A program made the translations under genes and the position numbers. The notes beneath the pieces were generated by a model. It searched no databases. It was given only the letters and a program-made list of their open reading frames with translations, and was not told where the DNA came from. This document shows positions 34,588-47,600 of a stretch of 64,000 bases of DNA, piece after piece; within the stretch, counting starts at the first letter, position 1; every line of letters begins with the position of its first letter. Source of the stretch: Bacteroidales bacterium (lineage in GTDB: Bacteria; Bacteroidota; Bacteroidia; Bacteroidales; P3); contig JAKSML010000004.1 of the NCBI GenBank assembly GCA_024400665.1, positions 9,151 to 73,150 of the forward strand, given 5' to 3'.

Positions 34588-35928
34588 ATGAATATAATCA
34601 TAGCAGGTGATGGAGAGGTGGGCTTTTACCTCGCCAAATCGTTATCGGAACTGAACCACAATATCACGGTGGTGGATCCTAACTCGGAGCTTCTGAAGCG
34701 CCTGGAGAAGGAGACGGACCTATTGACGATAGCGGGGTCCTCGACCTCGCCGCAGGTGCTGGCGGAGGCCAACGTGGCAGGCTGCGACCTGTTTCTGGCC
34801 GTGCTGCACGACGAGAGCATCAACCTGATGAGCTGCGTGCTGGCCAAGAAACTCAAAGCCACGAGGACGGTGGCACGCATCTCGAACGCCGAGCTGCTCC
34901 AGCCCAAGCACCGCGACATGTTTCGCGACCTGGGCGTCGATGACCTCGTGTGTCCCGAGCGCATTGCCGCCAAGGAAATCACCAACCTGCTGAATGTCTC
35001 GGTGGCAACGGAGTTCTTCGACTTCTCGGGAGGACTGCTGACGATGTACCTCATACACCTCGACGGCGACTCCCCCGTGGCAGGCTGCAGCGTGAAGGAG
35101 CTGGTGCAGCGGTACAGAAACATCCATGTGAGGATTGTGGCCATTCTGCGCAACGGCGAGACCATCATACCCCACGCCGACAGCGTGCTGACATCCGGCG
35201 ACATGGTCTATCTCATCAGCCGCCCCAACCAGCTCGAAGCCATCAAGGAGGTGTCCGGCAAGCAGGACATCTCGGTGAAGAAGGCGATGATTGTGGGTGC
35301 CGGGCGCATAGGCCGCAATGCCGCCCAGACATTGGAGAAGAAGATGCGCATCACACTGTTCGAGGAGTCGCGCAGCCGCTGCGAAGAGGTGTCGGGGATG
35401 CTCAGCAACACCCTCGTCATCAACGGCGACGCCACCGACATCGAGCTGCTCAAGGAGGAGGGGCTGCAAAGCACCGACGCCTTCATAGCCGTGACAGACT
35501 CGTCGGAGACCAACGTCCTCACCTGCCTCCATGCCAAGAAGCTGGGGGTGCGCCGCACCATAGCGCTGGTGGAGAACACGGGCTTCATCAACCTCTCGCA
35601 GGATATCGGCATCGACACCATCATCAACAAGAAGCTCATCACAGCCAGCTATATCTCCCGCTTCCTCGTCCACGGCGAGGCCGTGCGCAGCAAGTGGCTC
35701 AGCGGCACCAACGCAGAGATCATCGAGTTCAGCGTGGGCAAGTGGGCGCCCGCCACACGCCATCCCATACGCGAGCTGCCCCTGCCGCAAGGCTCCACCA
35801 TCGGCGGCATCATCCGCGGCAACGAGACCATCCTGCCCAAACGCGACACCCAGATCAAGGAGAAGGACCGCGTGGTGGTATTCGCACTGCCCAAAGTGAT
35901 GAACATCGTATCGAAACTGTTTGTGTGA
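34588..35928 (+). CDS. trkA: Trk system potassium uptake protein TrkA (tandem RCK/NAD-binding domains)
   Basis: 446-aa ORF with two Rossmann GxGxxG blocks (IIIAGDGEVGFYLA and MIVGAGRIGRNAA), each followed by an RCK_C-like segment. Confidence 0.9.
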   Translation: MNIIIAGDGEVGFYLAKSLSELNHNITVVDPNSELLKRLEKETDLLTIAGSSTSPQVLAEANVAGCDLFLAVLHDESINLMSCVLAKKLKATRTVARISNAELLQPKHRDMFRDLGVDDLVCPERIAAKEITNLLNVSVATEFFDFSGGLLTMYLIHLDGDSPVAGCSVKELVQRYRNIHVRIVAILRNGETIIPHADSVLTSGDMVYLISRPNQLEAIKEVSGKQDISVKKAMIVGAGRIGRNAAQTLEKKMRITLFEESRSRCEEVSGMLSNTLVINGDATDIELLKEEGLQSTDAFIAVTDSSETNVLTCLHAKKLGVRRTIALVENTGFINLSQDIGIDTIINKKLITASYISRFLVHGEAVRSKWLSGTNAEIIEFSVGKWAPATRHPIRELPLPQGSTIGGIIRGNETILPKRDTQIKEKDRVVVFALPKVMNIVSKLFV

Positions 35929-36011
35929 ATTGTGATCTGTGAACTGACAATACAAGCCGATGGTTCCGCCCTCACTTTTTATTTCTTAATTCTTCATTCA
36001 TCAATTAAAAA

Positions 36012-36080
36012 AACGGCTCCCGCCCTGAAGAAAGTCCAGTGGACTTTCGATAGCGTAGCGGAGAACAAACATTCTCAATT
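36012..36080 (+). repeat. 69-bp element, copy 1 (identical to 37600-37668)
   Basis: aacggctcccgccctgaagaaagtccagtggactttcgatagcgtagcggagaacaaacattctcaatt. It contains the palindrome gaaagtcca-g-tggactttc. Confidence 0.9.
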
Positions 36081-36101
36081 TTCAATTCTCAATTAAAAAA
36101 G

Positions 36102-37601
36102 ATGTCTGCTTTTAGGCCGCACATAGAACGCATAGGGGTACGCAAGTTCAACCTCAAGCTGATCTTCAGGCTCATGGGGGTGCTGCTCATGTACCATGCC
36201 CTCGGCATGGCCCTGCCCTTTGCCATCTCTATCTACTGCCACGACGGGGCACAGTTTGCCCTCGGCATGGCGGCCGTGGGCATCCTCATCCCCGGACTCT
36301 TCTTCCGCAACATCCTCGGCAAGAACCCCACCTACGACATCGCCGAGAACGAGAGCTACTGGGTCACGACCATCACCTGGCTCACCATCCCGCTGAGCGG
36401 CACCCTGCCCTACATCCTCACAGGTGCCACAGGCAGCTTTGCCGACGCCCTCTTCGAATCCTTCAGCGGCTTCACCACCACAGGCTCGTCGGTGATGGCG
36501 CATCCCGAAGAGCTGCCGCAGGGGCTGCTGGTCTATCGCGCCTTCACCCAATGGGTCGGAGGCCTCGGGCTGATGCTCTTCGTGGTGGCTATACTGCGCA
36601 GGCTCACCCTCGGCGCGGAACAGATATACGAAGCCGAGTTCAGCGGCACCCAGCAGCGCAAGCTCCACCCCCGGCTGGCCAAGAGCGTCACCCGTCTGTG
36701 GGTCATCTACAGCGTGCTCACCCTCATGCTCTTCCTCCTGCTGCTCATCCAAGGCACCCCGCTGGTCGATGCGATATGCCTTGCCTTCAGCACAGTCTCC
36801 ACAGGCGGCTTCGTCACCCACAGCAGCGGTCTCTCCATCCTCAGCGACGGATGCCTCTGCACCATCACCCTCTTCATGCTCCTCAGCGGCATCAACGTGG
36901 CGCAGCTCTACCGCATCTTCACCCTCAAGCTCCGCCACTGGGGACGCGACGAGGAGACCCGCGCCTACCTTCTCCTGACGCTGTGCTCGATAAGTCTCTG
37001 CGTCATCGGCTTCGTCGCTGCGGGGCAGGATGTCGGCACATCGCTGCGCTACAGCGTCTTCCATATAGCCTCGACGGTCTCCACCTGCGGCTACTACCTG
37101 CCACGCCCGCAGCACTGGTCGTTTGTCGTCAGCGTCCTCACCTTCCTGCTCATCGTCGTGGGCGCCTCGGCAGGCTCTACGGGCGGCGGCCTCAAGCTGC
37201 GCCGCATCATCATCTTGTCAAAATACATCGGCAACTACTTCACCCGCATGATGCACCCCAACGCCGTCTTCCGTGTCAAGGTCAACGGCGAGGTGGTGCA
37301 GCACGACTATATCACCAAGGTCTTTGCCTACTTCTTCCTCTACATCGCCTTCATCGTGGCGGGAGCCTTCGTGCTGACGCTCTGCCGCTGCTCCATACCC
37401 GACGCCATCTGCATGGCCGCCGCCAACATCAGCAACCTCGGCCCCTCGCCACTCATCAACAACCTCGGCGGCAGCCTCGACTACGCCATGCTCCCCACCA
37501 TCGGCAAGCTGACCCTCACAACCCTCATGCTCGCCGGACGCCTCGAACTCTTTGCCCTCATAGCCGTCTTCTCCCCAGCCTACTGGCGCCGCGGCACCTA
37601 A
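36102..37601 (+). CDS. trkH: TrkH-family potassium transporter subunit
   Basis: 499-aa polytopic ORF. TrkH-type selectivity-loop blocks are present (SGFTTTGSS, STVSTGGF, STVSTCGY, GSTGGGLK). Confidence 0.85.
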   Translation: MSAFRPHIERIGVRKFNLKLIFRLMGVLLMYHALGMALPFAISIYCHDGAQFALGMAAVGILIPGLFFRNILGKNPTYDIAENESYWVTTITWLTIPLSGTLPYILTGATGSFADALFESFSGFTTTGSSVMAHPEELPQGLLVYRAFTQWVGGLGLMLFVVAILRRLTLGAEQIYEAEFSGTQQRKLHPRLAKSVTRLWVIYSVLTLMLFLLLLIQGTPLVDAICLAFSTVSTGGFVTHSSGLSILSDGCLCTITLFMLLSGINVAQLYRIFTLKLRHWGRDEETRAYLLLTLCSISLCVIGFVAAGQDVGTSLRYSVFHIASTVSTCGYYLPRPQHWSFVVSVLTFLLIVVGASAGSTGGGLKLRRIIILSKYIGNYFTRMMHPNAVFRVKVNGEVVQHDYITKVFAYFFLYIAFIVAGAFVLTLCRCSIPDAICMAAANISNLGPSPLINNLGGSLDYAMLPTIGKLTLTTLMLAGRLELFALIAVFSPAYWRRGT

Positions 37602-37668
37602 CGGCTCCCGCCCTGAAGAAAGTCCAGTGGACTTTCGATAGCGTAGCGGAGAACAAACATTCTCAATT
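37600..37668 (+). repeat. 69-bp element, copy 2 (identical to 36012-36080)
   Basis: 69/69 identity. It starts within the stop codon of the first trkH. Confidence 0.9.
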
Positions 37669-37770
37669 CTCAATCAACCGGCACCCGCCCCAATTCTCAA
37701 TTCTCAATTCTCAATTAAAACCCAACACCCTATCACCGACTTCAAGTACATACTACGTTTTCTCGGCATC

Positions 37771-39183
37771 ATGCTGATGGTTGAAGGCAGCCTCATGCTC
37801 TCCTGCCTCATCCCTGCCCTGCACTTCGCCGACGGCACAGCCTCCGCCATCTCGGCGTCGGGGCTCTTCACCTTCTTCCTCGGACTGCTGCTGCGGGTGA
37901 GCTACCACGACGCCCGCACCATCACCGACCGCCGCAACGCCTACCTCCTCGTCGTCCTCCTCTGGGTCGTCCTTGCCCTCTTCGGCACCCTCCCCTTCCT
38001 TGCCACAGGCACCCTCCACACCTTCAGCGACGCCCTCTTCGAATCCATGTCCGGCATCACCTCCACCGGTGCCACCGTCTTCTCCGCCGTCGAGTGGCTC
38101 CCCGCCTCCATACTCCTCTGGCGCAGCATGACGCAATGGTTCGGCGGCTTCGGCATCGTCCTCCTCGTCCTCGCCATCGTCCCCTCTCTGGGCATCAACA
38201 AATACAGCCTCTACACCGCCGAAGCCTCCGGCGCCGACAACACCGGCAAGCAGTCCTCCACCATGGCCGCCACCATCCGCCAGACCCTCGGCGTCTATCT
38301 CACCCTCACCCTCCTCTTCGTCTTCCTCCTCTGGAAAAGCGGCATGCACCCCTGGGACGCCCTCAACATCACCTTCACCAACATCTCCTCCGGCGGCTTC
38401 TCCATCTACAACAACAGCCTCGAACACCTCACCCACCTCCAGCAATACATCGTCGCCCTCGCCATGCTCCTCAGCGGCGTCAACTTCATGCTCATCTTCC
38501 ACCTCGTCACCTTCCGCTGGGACCGCATACGCACCAAGCTCGACCAGCTCTCCTTCTTCCTCGGCACCTTCGTCATAGCCTCCCTCTTCGTCTGCTTCGC
38601 CCTCCGCGCCACCGCCCACATCCCCTGGGCCGACGCCCTCCGCTGCGCCACCGTACAGACCATCAGCGTCCTCACCACCACCGGCTCCCTCGTCGCCGAC
38701 ACCTCCTCCTGGTGGGTCCCCATCACCTTCCTCTTCGTCATCCTCTCCCTCTGCGGCGGCATGGCAGGCTCCACCACCGGCGGACTCAAAGCCATGCGCG
38801 TCCTCATCCTCCACCGCAACGTCCGCAAAATCCTTCACGACCGCCTCCACCCCCATGCCGTCAACCCCGTCCGCCTCAACGGCCGCCCCGTCTCCTCCGA
38901 AATCATCACCAACGTCATGGTCATCTTCGTCGTCTATGTCCTCGTCATCACCGTCGGCATCATGCTCCTCATGCTCTGCGGCATCAATGCCACCGAGTCC
39001 GTCGGCGCCATCATCGCCTGCATCACCGGCTACGGCCCCGGCCTCGGCCTCAGCGGCGGCTTCGGATGCTACGGCGCCTTCACCACCGCCGCCAAATACC
39101 TCTGCGCCTTCTTCATGCTCCTCGGCCGTCTCGAATGCCTCACCCTCCTCATCCTCCTCGTCCCCGCCTTCTGGAAAAAATAA
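37771..39183 (+). CDS. trkH: TrkH-family potassium transporter subunit (second paralog; true start probably upstream of the first ATG)
   Basis: 470 aa from the first ATG, with blocks SGITSTGAT, TNISSGGF, LTTTGS and GSTTGGLK. The in-frame upstream codons (IKTQHPITDFKYILRFLGI) resemble the N-terminus of paralog 1 (FNLKLIFRLMGV) but contain no ATG/GTG/TTG. Confidence 0.8.
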   Translation: MLMVEGSLMLSCLIPALHFADGTASAISASGLFTFFLGLLLRVSYHDARTITDRRNAYLLVVLLWVVLALFGTLPFLATGTLHTFSDALFESMSGITSTGATVFSAVEWLPASILLWRSMTQWFGGFGIVLLVLAIVPSLGINKYSLYTAEASGADNTGKQSSTMAATIRQTLGVYLTLTLLFVFLLWKSGMHPWDALNITFTNISSGGFSIYNNSLEHLTHLQQYIVALAMLLSGVNFMLIFHLVTFRWDRIRTKLDQLSFFLGTFVIASLFVCFALRATAHIPWADALRCATVQTISVLTTTGSLVADTSSWWVPITFLFVILSLCGGMAGSTTGGLKAMRVLILHRNVRKILHDRLHPHAVNPVRLNGRPVSSEIITNVMVIFVVYVLVITVGIMLLMLCGINATESVGAIIACITGYGPGLGLSGGFGCYGAFTTAAKYLCAFFMLLGRLECLTLLILLVPAFWKK

Positions 39184-39418
39184 CCGACCCCTACCTCAAC
39201 AAAAAGCCGTTCCTCCCTCTCCGCCAGTCCTCGTCCAATCCTCAATCCCTCCCATACACGGTTAATCTCTATTAGTTTCTACCTAATGTCAGTGGCATCA
39301 GGAGAAAGTCTGTATGACACAAGAATTCCTGATTAATTTCCAACAATTTCTTTCAGTCTTGTAAATTCGCAATAGCAAACTACAAGCAAAAAGTATCTAT
39401 AGAGCCCACTTTTACTCG

Positions 39419-42619
<3,201 letters not shown>

Positions 42620-42733
42620 ATCTTATGAATTTGGTAGGTATTTTGAGTGGTGAATTCAACCTATCGAGAAGAATGTGTTAAGAAATCACGTTTTTTTTAA
42701 CTTGTAACATTCCTCATGTGTAAAATTATCGTT

Positions 42734-42768
42734 TTTTTACCCACGTTTTGATCTCACCTGGGTAAAAA
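42734..42768. terminator. Hairpin between fic and hsdR (tttttaccca / tgggtaaaaa, perfect 10-bp stem)
   Basis: Read directly. It has A/T runs on both sides and lies 11 nt downstream of the fic stop. Confidence 0.6.
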
Positions 42769-42778
42769 TTGAAAGTTT

Positions 42779-43879
42779 TTACCCACGACCTTGGTTGATA
42801 AACAATTGGCATAATGCATCGTTTATGTAGTAATTTTCCTTGCCTAATTTCGTTTTCGTAAGCAAACCGTCTTCAACAATCATATCAAGATACTTGCTGG
42901 CAGTCTTGCGTGTGACCAACATATCCTTCTCCACATATTCTATCTTGGTGTAAGGATGCCGAAACAGATTATTCAGCAAGTCGTGCTTGTATTTGTTGCC
43001 CAATAGTTTCCTTAACCTTGCCTTGAATTCTGCCATCAGCACAGAGATGGATTTGATCAGGTGGATTGTTTCTTCCGCAGTCTCCTCTATTCCTTTTAGG
43101 ACAAAGAGAATCCAGTCTTCCCATTCTTTCGAGTTGTTGCCATCATTATCTCTAATAGCCTGTATCAATTGGTAGTATCTGCCTTTGTTGCGTGTAATAT
43201 AACGGCTCAAATACAAGATAGGCAAATCGAGTAGGTCATTCGTGACAAGCATCAGTATATTGATAATACGGCCAGTTCTTCCATTTCCATCAAAGAACGG
43301 ATGGATGCTTTCAAACTGATGATGTACGATTGCAAGTTTTATCAAAGGGTCAATGTCAGAAACCGTTTCGTCGTTTATGAACAGTTCCAAGTTGCTCATC
43401 ATCTTTACAATCTCATCATACTCCTGTGGCGGTGTATAGACCGTCTCACCAAGATTGTTCTTTAGATGAGTTCCTGGCACAGCTCGGAAACCTGCTCTGT
43501 TTGATTCCAGTTCAGATTGGATTTGTTGAATAATATTACAGGTGAGCAATTTGTTCTTCTTCACCAACTCAAATCCTGTTTGCATTGCACGGCGATAGTT
43601 CAACACTTCCTTGGCTGCCGCGTTGGATATTTCTGTTTGAATATTGAGGTCCTCCTTGAACAAATCGTCCTGAGTCGTCACAATGTTCTCAACAGAAGAA
43701 CTCTCCTTTGCCTCCTGTAGGGTAAGTGTGCTGAGTAGGATGTTCTCGTTAGGGATAGTGAGTGCAACACCTTTCAACTCAGCCAATTTCTTGTTAGCGA
43801 GGTTCAACTGCTTCAATACGGCCTTTGTCTCAAGGTCGTAAGGCAGTGGCAGATGAGGTATCTTATATTTGTCAGTCAT
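42779..43879 (-). CDS. Fic-family protein (AMPylase-type, canonical active site, N-terminal inhibitory motif, C-terminal wHTH)
   Basis: 366-aa ORF. The Fic motif is HPFFDGNGRTGR. The [ST]xxxE[GN] inhibitory motif is present as SSSVEN upstream of the core. The C-terminal region is typical of a DNA-binding wHTH. Confidence 0.9.
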   Translation of the reverse strand: MTDKYKIPHLPLPYDLETKAVLKQLNLANKKLAELKGVALTIPNENILLSTLTLQEAKESSSVENIVTTQDDLFKEDLNIQTEISNAAAKEVLNYRRAMQTGFELVKKNKLLTCNIIQQIQSELESNRAGFRAVPGTHLKNNLGETVYTPPQEYDEIVKMMSNLELFINDETVSDIDPLIKLAIVHHQFESIHPFFDGNGRTGRIINILMLVTNDLLDLPILYLSRYITRNKGRYYQLIQAIRDNDGNNSKEWEDWILFVLKGIEETAEETIHLIKSISVLMAEFKARLRKLLGNKYKHDLLNNLFRHPYTKIEYVEKDMLVTRKTASKYLDMIVEDGLLTKTKLGKENYYINDALCQLFINQGRG

Positions 43880-43890
43880 ACTATTTTCTT

Positions 43891-45030
43891 TTAAGGTTTC
43901 ACTTCCAACTTGCCAGACATTAGGCGAGGAAGGAGGAGGTCGCGTTGCTTCGTAAGTAATGCAATCTGACGCTGAAGATATTCCTTATCGTTCTCCATTA
44001 TTTTGATAATTTCAGAAAACTCTTGTTGTAGTTTTATATTTGGTATAAGAACTTTCATTGCCATTAATCTTCCCCAATGTCTTTTGTATTCCTCAGTCTC
44101 AATAAGTTTATGGGTTGCATAGAATAGATAATACCTATTTGTTCTTTCCTCATCGTTGGAAACAAAAGGTATAACATTCTCGCCCAAAGAGAAATTTTTA
44201 ATCATCAACTGAAATTTACAAGAATGGTCTCCGAAGATAATAATAGGTGCATCTAAAGTTGCAATATGGGAGGGTTCGTTATTATGAAAGCCAAGATACC
44301 CCTTAGTTGATTGGTCAATCACAATAACATTTCCTTCTTGTTTGAGTTCAAATTCTTTGTATGTTCTATTGAAAGGTAATCTTTTCACAATCTCTTTCAA
44401 TTTTGCTATTGACCATCCTTTGGGCACACCTCTTTCCATTTCCACATTCTCGTGTCCTGGGAAACGGAAGCGGACGAACCATTCTTTGTATAAGTTCTCT
44501 GCCATCTGCTCTAACAGTCGGATGCGTTTGGTGTTGTTCTCTATTAGGTTGTCATAGGTTGAGAGAATGGAGGCTATCTTTTGCTGAGTAGGGAGTGTTG
44601 GTAAGTCAAACTTTATTTTCTTAATATACTTTAAATCAGCTCGTTGTCGTCCACTTGCACCACTCATACTATTAGCTGCAAGATTCCTAATATATTGCTG
44701 TCTGAGGAAATAATAAACGAATTCGTTGTCTGTTACATCTTTTTTGCCTCGAAAAACAAAGAATTCCGTAGAACCAATACCCTTGTCTGGGACTGAAACC
44801 ATCGCCATCTTTCCATTTTCAAGGCAAGGCGTTATTCTCGCCATCAAAGTGTCTCCATTCTGAAATTTACAACCACTCTGCTTGTCATACACGATAGTTT
44901 CCTTATTGGTTACAAGTTTTCTTCCTACTGTGATTTTATCTATATCAATAAGTGGGTATTCAATCCCTTTTGTTAACTTGACAGTAGGATTACATTCAAT
45001 ACAGTCTCCTATTCGTACTTCCATACTCAA
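43891..45030 (-). CDS. hsdS: Type I restriction-modification specificity subunit S
   Basis: 379-aa ORF with two target-recognition halves. They are separated by conserved coiled regions (LPTLPTQQKIASILSTYDNLIENNTKRIRLLEQMAENLYKEWFV and a C-terminal LLPRLMSGKLEV). Confidence 0.85.
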   Translation of the reverse strand: MSMEVRIGDCIECNPTVKLTKGIEYPLIDIDKITVGRKLVTNKETIVYDKQSGCKFQNGDTLMARITPCLENGKMAMVSVPDKGIGSTEFFVFRGKKDVTDNEFVYYFLRQQYIRNLAANSMSGASGRQRADLKYIKKIKFDLPTLPTQQKIASILSTYDNLIENNTKRIRLLEQMAENLYKEWFVRFRFPGHENVEMERGVPKGWSIAKLKEIVKRLPFNRTYKEFELKQEGNVIVIDQSTKGYLGFHNNEPSHIATLDAPIIIFGDHSCKFQLMIKNFSLGENVIPFVSNDEERTNRYYLFYATHKLIETEEYKRHWGRLMAMKVLIPNIKLQQEFSEIIKIMENDKEYLQRQIALLTKQRDLLLPRLMSGKLEVKP

Positions 45031-45035
45031 CCTCC

Positions 45036-45413
45036 TTATTCAAAATTTCCTTTAAGATTATTCTCATTCAAATTCCGCAACAGTGTAGCGGAATTTGAAT
45101 ACTCAATGAAGAATTTTCGTGATTTTTCAAGCGTATCTACCGACCACCCATTGCCATATCTCTCTGACAAGCGTGCAGATAGACGCTTCAACACGCTTTT
45201 CCCATAAGCTGCACGAGTTTCTCCACCTTGTTCAAATTCCACAATATACTGTCCCACGCCATAGTAAGTATAAACCATTGCGCTGTTAACGGTCTTTGCG
45301 ATTTGCTTGCGACCATCATCAATGAGTTTGGCGATACAATCAAACAGAGTGTCTTCTGCAACTATTGTCGTTGCAGCATCCTGCGTGGTTATCATTTTGT
45401 CTTTCTTTTCCAT
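45036..45413 (-). CDS. DUF1016 N-terminal-domain (YhcG-like) protein lacking the PD-(D/E)xK nuclease half
   Basis: 125-aa ORF. The pattern (LI...R..I...VN..MV..YY.VG..I......GE.RA.YG..VL..LS..L....G.G.S...L...R.F) matches the N-domain of YhcG-type proteins. It sits between hsdM and hsdS. Confidence 0.55.
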   Translation of the reverse strand: MEKKDKMITTQDAATTIVAEDTLFDCIAKLIDDGRKQIAKTVNSAMVYTYYGVGQYIVEFEQGGETRAAYGKSVLKRLSARLSERYGNGWSVDTLEKSRKFFIEYSNSATLLRNLNENNLKGNFE

Positions 45414-45475
45414 AACTTAATCATCCTGTTATGTGTCCTGCTAATTTGTCTCACCTGCGATGAGAGTTTTCCATA

Positions 45476-47182
45476 CTATTCCCCTCCAAACAGTTCCTTT
45501 AGATTCTTTTCAATCTCACTCTCCAAAGCCTTAGCCTCGTTGGAGAGGGCAGAGAACTCGCTATTGAGGTTTAGCATTTCGGCACGGAATTCCTCTTCGG
45601 TCATTCCATCGTCCTCAATCACCACACCTACATATCGACCAGCGTTGAGGCTATAGTCATTGTCGATGATGCCGTCCTCGCCTTCCAGTTTGGCAACCTT
45701 ACACAAGCCTATCACATCCTGGTATTTGCCATCAGGCCAACGCTCCAAAAGCCAATCCACCTCGTCCTGTTTGCCTTCTGCTTTGTATTCATCCACCAAA
45801 GCCCAGAAAGCATCGCTATCGCCTTCATAAAGTCGGCTGATGACTCCCAGGTTCTTAATCTGCTCGTCAGAGAATTTGCGATGTGCCCTATCCACCTGCA
45901 TGAAGATATTGCGAGCATCAATGAAAAGAATCTCATCACGCTTGGCTCTCTGTTTGTTGAAGAACCAAAGGGTGGCAGGAAGCGTAACTGTAGAGAACAT
46001 ATTGCTCGGAAGCGTCACCATCTGACTGATGATGCCGTCCTCTATCATCTTCTTGCGTATCTCCAATTCAGAGCCACCTGCATCGCTGGCAGAGTTGGCC
46101 ATTACGAGGGCTGCCTTGCCATTCTCATTGAGCGCTGTGGCAAAATAGCCAATCCACAGATAGTTGGCATTAGGCACGGTCTCTTTCTTGTCAGAAGCCT
46201 TTTTGGTTGATTTGGTCTTGTTGCGAGGCACACCGTATGTATTAAAGCGGGCATCATCTATCACCTTATCAACCACCACTTCATCCACATTGAATGGAGG
46301 ATTTGCCATCACATAGTCAAACTGGCCAAAGGCATTGTAGGGGTCGCTGTAGAAGGAGTTGGCTTCAGTAATATCACCACGAATATTGTTCAGCAGGAGG
46401 TTCATCTTGGCCAGCTTCACCGTGTCAGGTTCTTTCTCCACGCCATAGCAACGGAAGCGCATCATCTCTGCCTGTGCATTTCCTGAGGGTTCTCCCTCAG
46501 GCTTGTTATGCCTGTGCATATAACGGGCTGCCTGCACAAACATACCTCCCGAACCACAGGCAGGGTCGAGGAACTTCTTGTCGCCAGTAGTAGGCTGAAG
46601 CACCTCCACCATATATTGAACCACACTGGCCGGCGTGTAGAAGGCTCCACCACCCTGACCTTCGGCCAAGGCAAAGTTGCCCAGGAAGTACTCATATATC
46701 TGACCGAAGATATCAATGCTGATGTCTTCGGGAATATCCTTAAACACACGAAGGATCTTACTCAGCAGGTCTGGCTCCTCTTCGGGGACAAGCTGGCCAT
46801 ACACCTCCTTTGGCAGCACACCATCCATGCGAGGATTCTCCCTTTCGATAGCTTCCATAGCCTTCTTCACCAGGGTGGCCTTATTGGCATCATCAGGGGC
46901 GTTGTTTAAGAAATCAAAGTAAGCACACTCTGGCAGGAAGAAGCCGCATTTCTCAACGGCAACCTCCTTGTATTCACGTTCCATGCGCGACCCCTTATAC
47001 TGGTTATACTCTGCATCAATCTCTGCCTTATGCTGCTTGAAAAGAACGTCAGCATAGCGCAGAAAGATTAGTCCAAGTATTGGCTGGCCGTACTTGTTTG
47101 CAGCAAGATGAGCACCAGCACGCAACATATCCGCAGACCGCCAAAGTTTATCTTTAAGTTTCTTGAGTTCAATATCTGTCAT
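45476..47182 (-). CDS. hsdM: Type I restriction-modification DNA methyltransferase subunit M (N6-adenine)
   Basis: 568-aa ORF with an HsdM N-domain (LWRSADMLRAG). The AdoMet motif is DPACGSGGMF and the catalytic motif is ANPPFN. Confidence 0.95.
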   Translation of the reverse strand: MTDIELKKLKDKLWRSADMLRAGAHLAANKYGQPILGLIFLRYADVLFKQHKAEIDAEYNQYKGSRMEREYKEVAVEKCGFFLPECAYFDFLNNAPDDANKATLVKKAMEAIERENPRMDGVLPKEVYGQLVPEEEPDLLSKILRVFKDIPEDISIDIFGQIYEYFLGNFALAEGQGGGAFYTPASVVQYMVEVLQPTTGDKKFLDPACGSGGMFVQAARYMHRHNKPEGEPSGNAQAEMMRFRCYGVEKEPDTVKLAKMNLLLNNIRGDITEANSFYSDPYNAFGQFDYVMANPPFNVDEVVVDKVIDDARFNTYGVPRNKTKSTKKASDKKETVPNANYLWIGYFATALNENGKAALVMANSASDAGGSELEIRKKMIEDGIISQMVTLPSNMFSTVTLPATLWFFNKQRAKRDEILFIDARNIFMQVDRAHRKFSDEQIKNLGVISRLYEGDSDAFWALVDEYKAEGKQDEVDWLLERWPDGKYQDVIGLCKVAKLEGEDGIIDNDYSLNAGRYVGVVIEDDGMTEEEFRAEMLNLNSEFSALSNEAKALESEIEKNLKELFGGE

Positions 47183-47384
47183 AGAAGAAATTTTTTCACT
47201 ATTGTGAAAAACGCAAAAATATATTTTTTATTGTGCCGCTGTGTTTATAAATCTATCTCTACTCGAAGAGCCATACTTCTCTCCGCAGAGGGGCTTGTTT
47301 CTTGCCGACAGGTGTTTTCTTCCATACACGGATAATCTTTGTCGTGGGGATTAGAGACGCTCAAAAAACATGGAGTTTTGGGTG

Positions 47385-47600
47385 GCGGATTTTAACATTT
47401 CGCGGCGGGACGCTCTTGGCTCGGCATAGCTCCGCTTTAGCTCCGCCTTAGCTCCGCTCTAACTCCGCTCGGAGAGCGGAAAAAGGGCGAAGCGTGGGGG
47501 AAGCATCTATACGGCTGTGGCGTAGTCTGTTGCGTGCTTTGGCGAGAATGTGGCACAGAGCCCGTTTTTGAGCCCTAAATTTTAACATTTCGCCTTTGAA
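47385..47600 (-). repeat. GC-rich ~200-bp element bounded by GAAATGTTAAAAT motifs (copy B, inverted relative to copy A)
   Basis: attttaacattt occurs at 47399-47410 and 47579-47590. The reverse complement aligns block-wise with 20950-21170. Confidence 0.75.
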
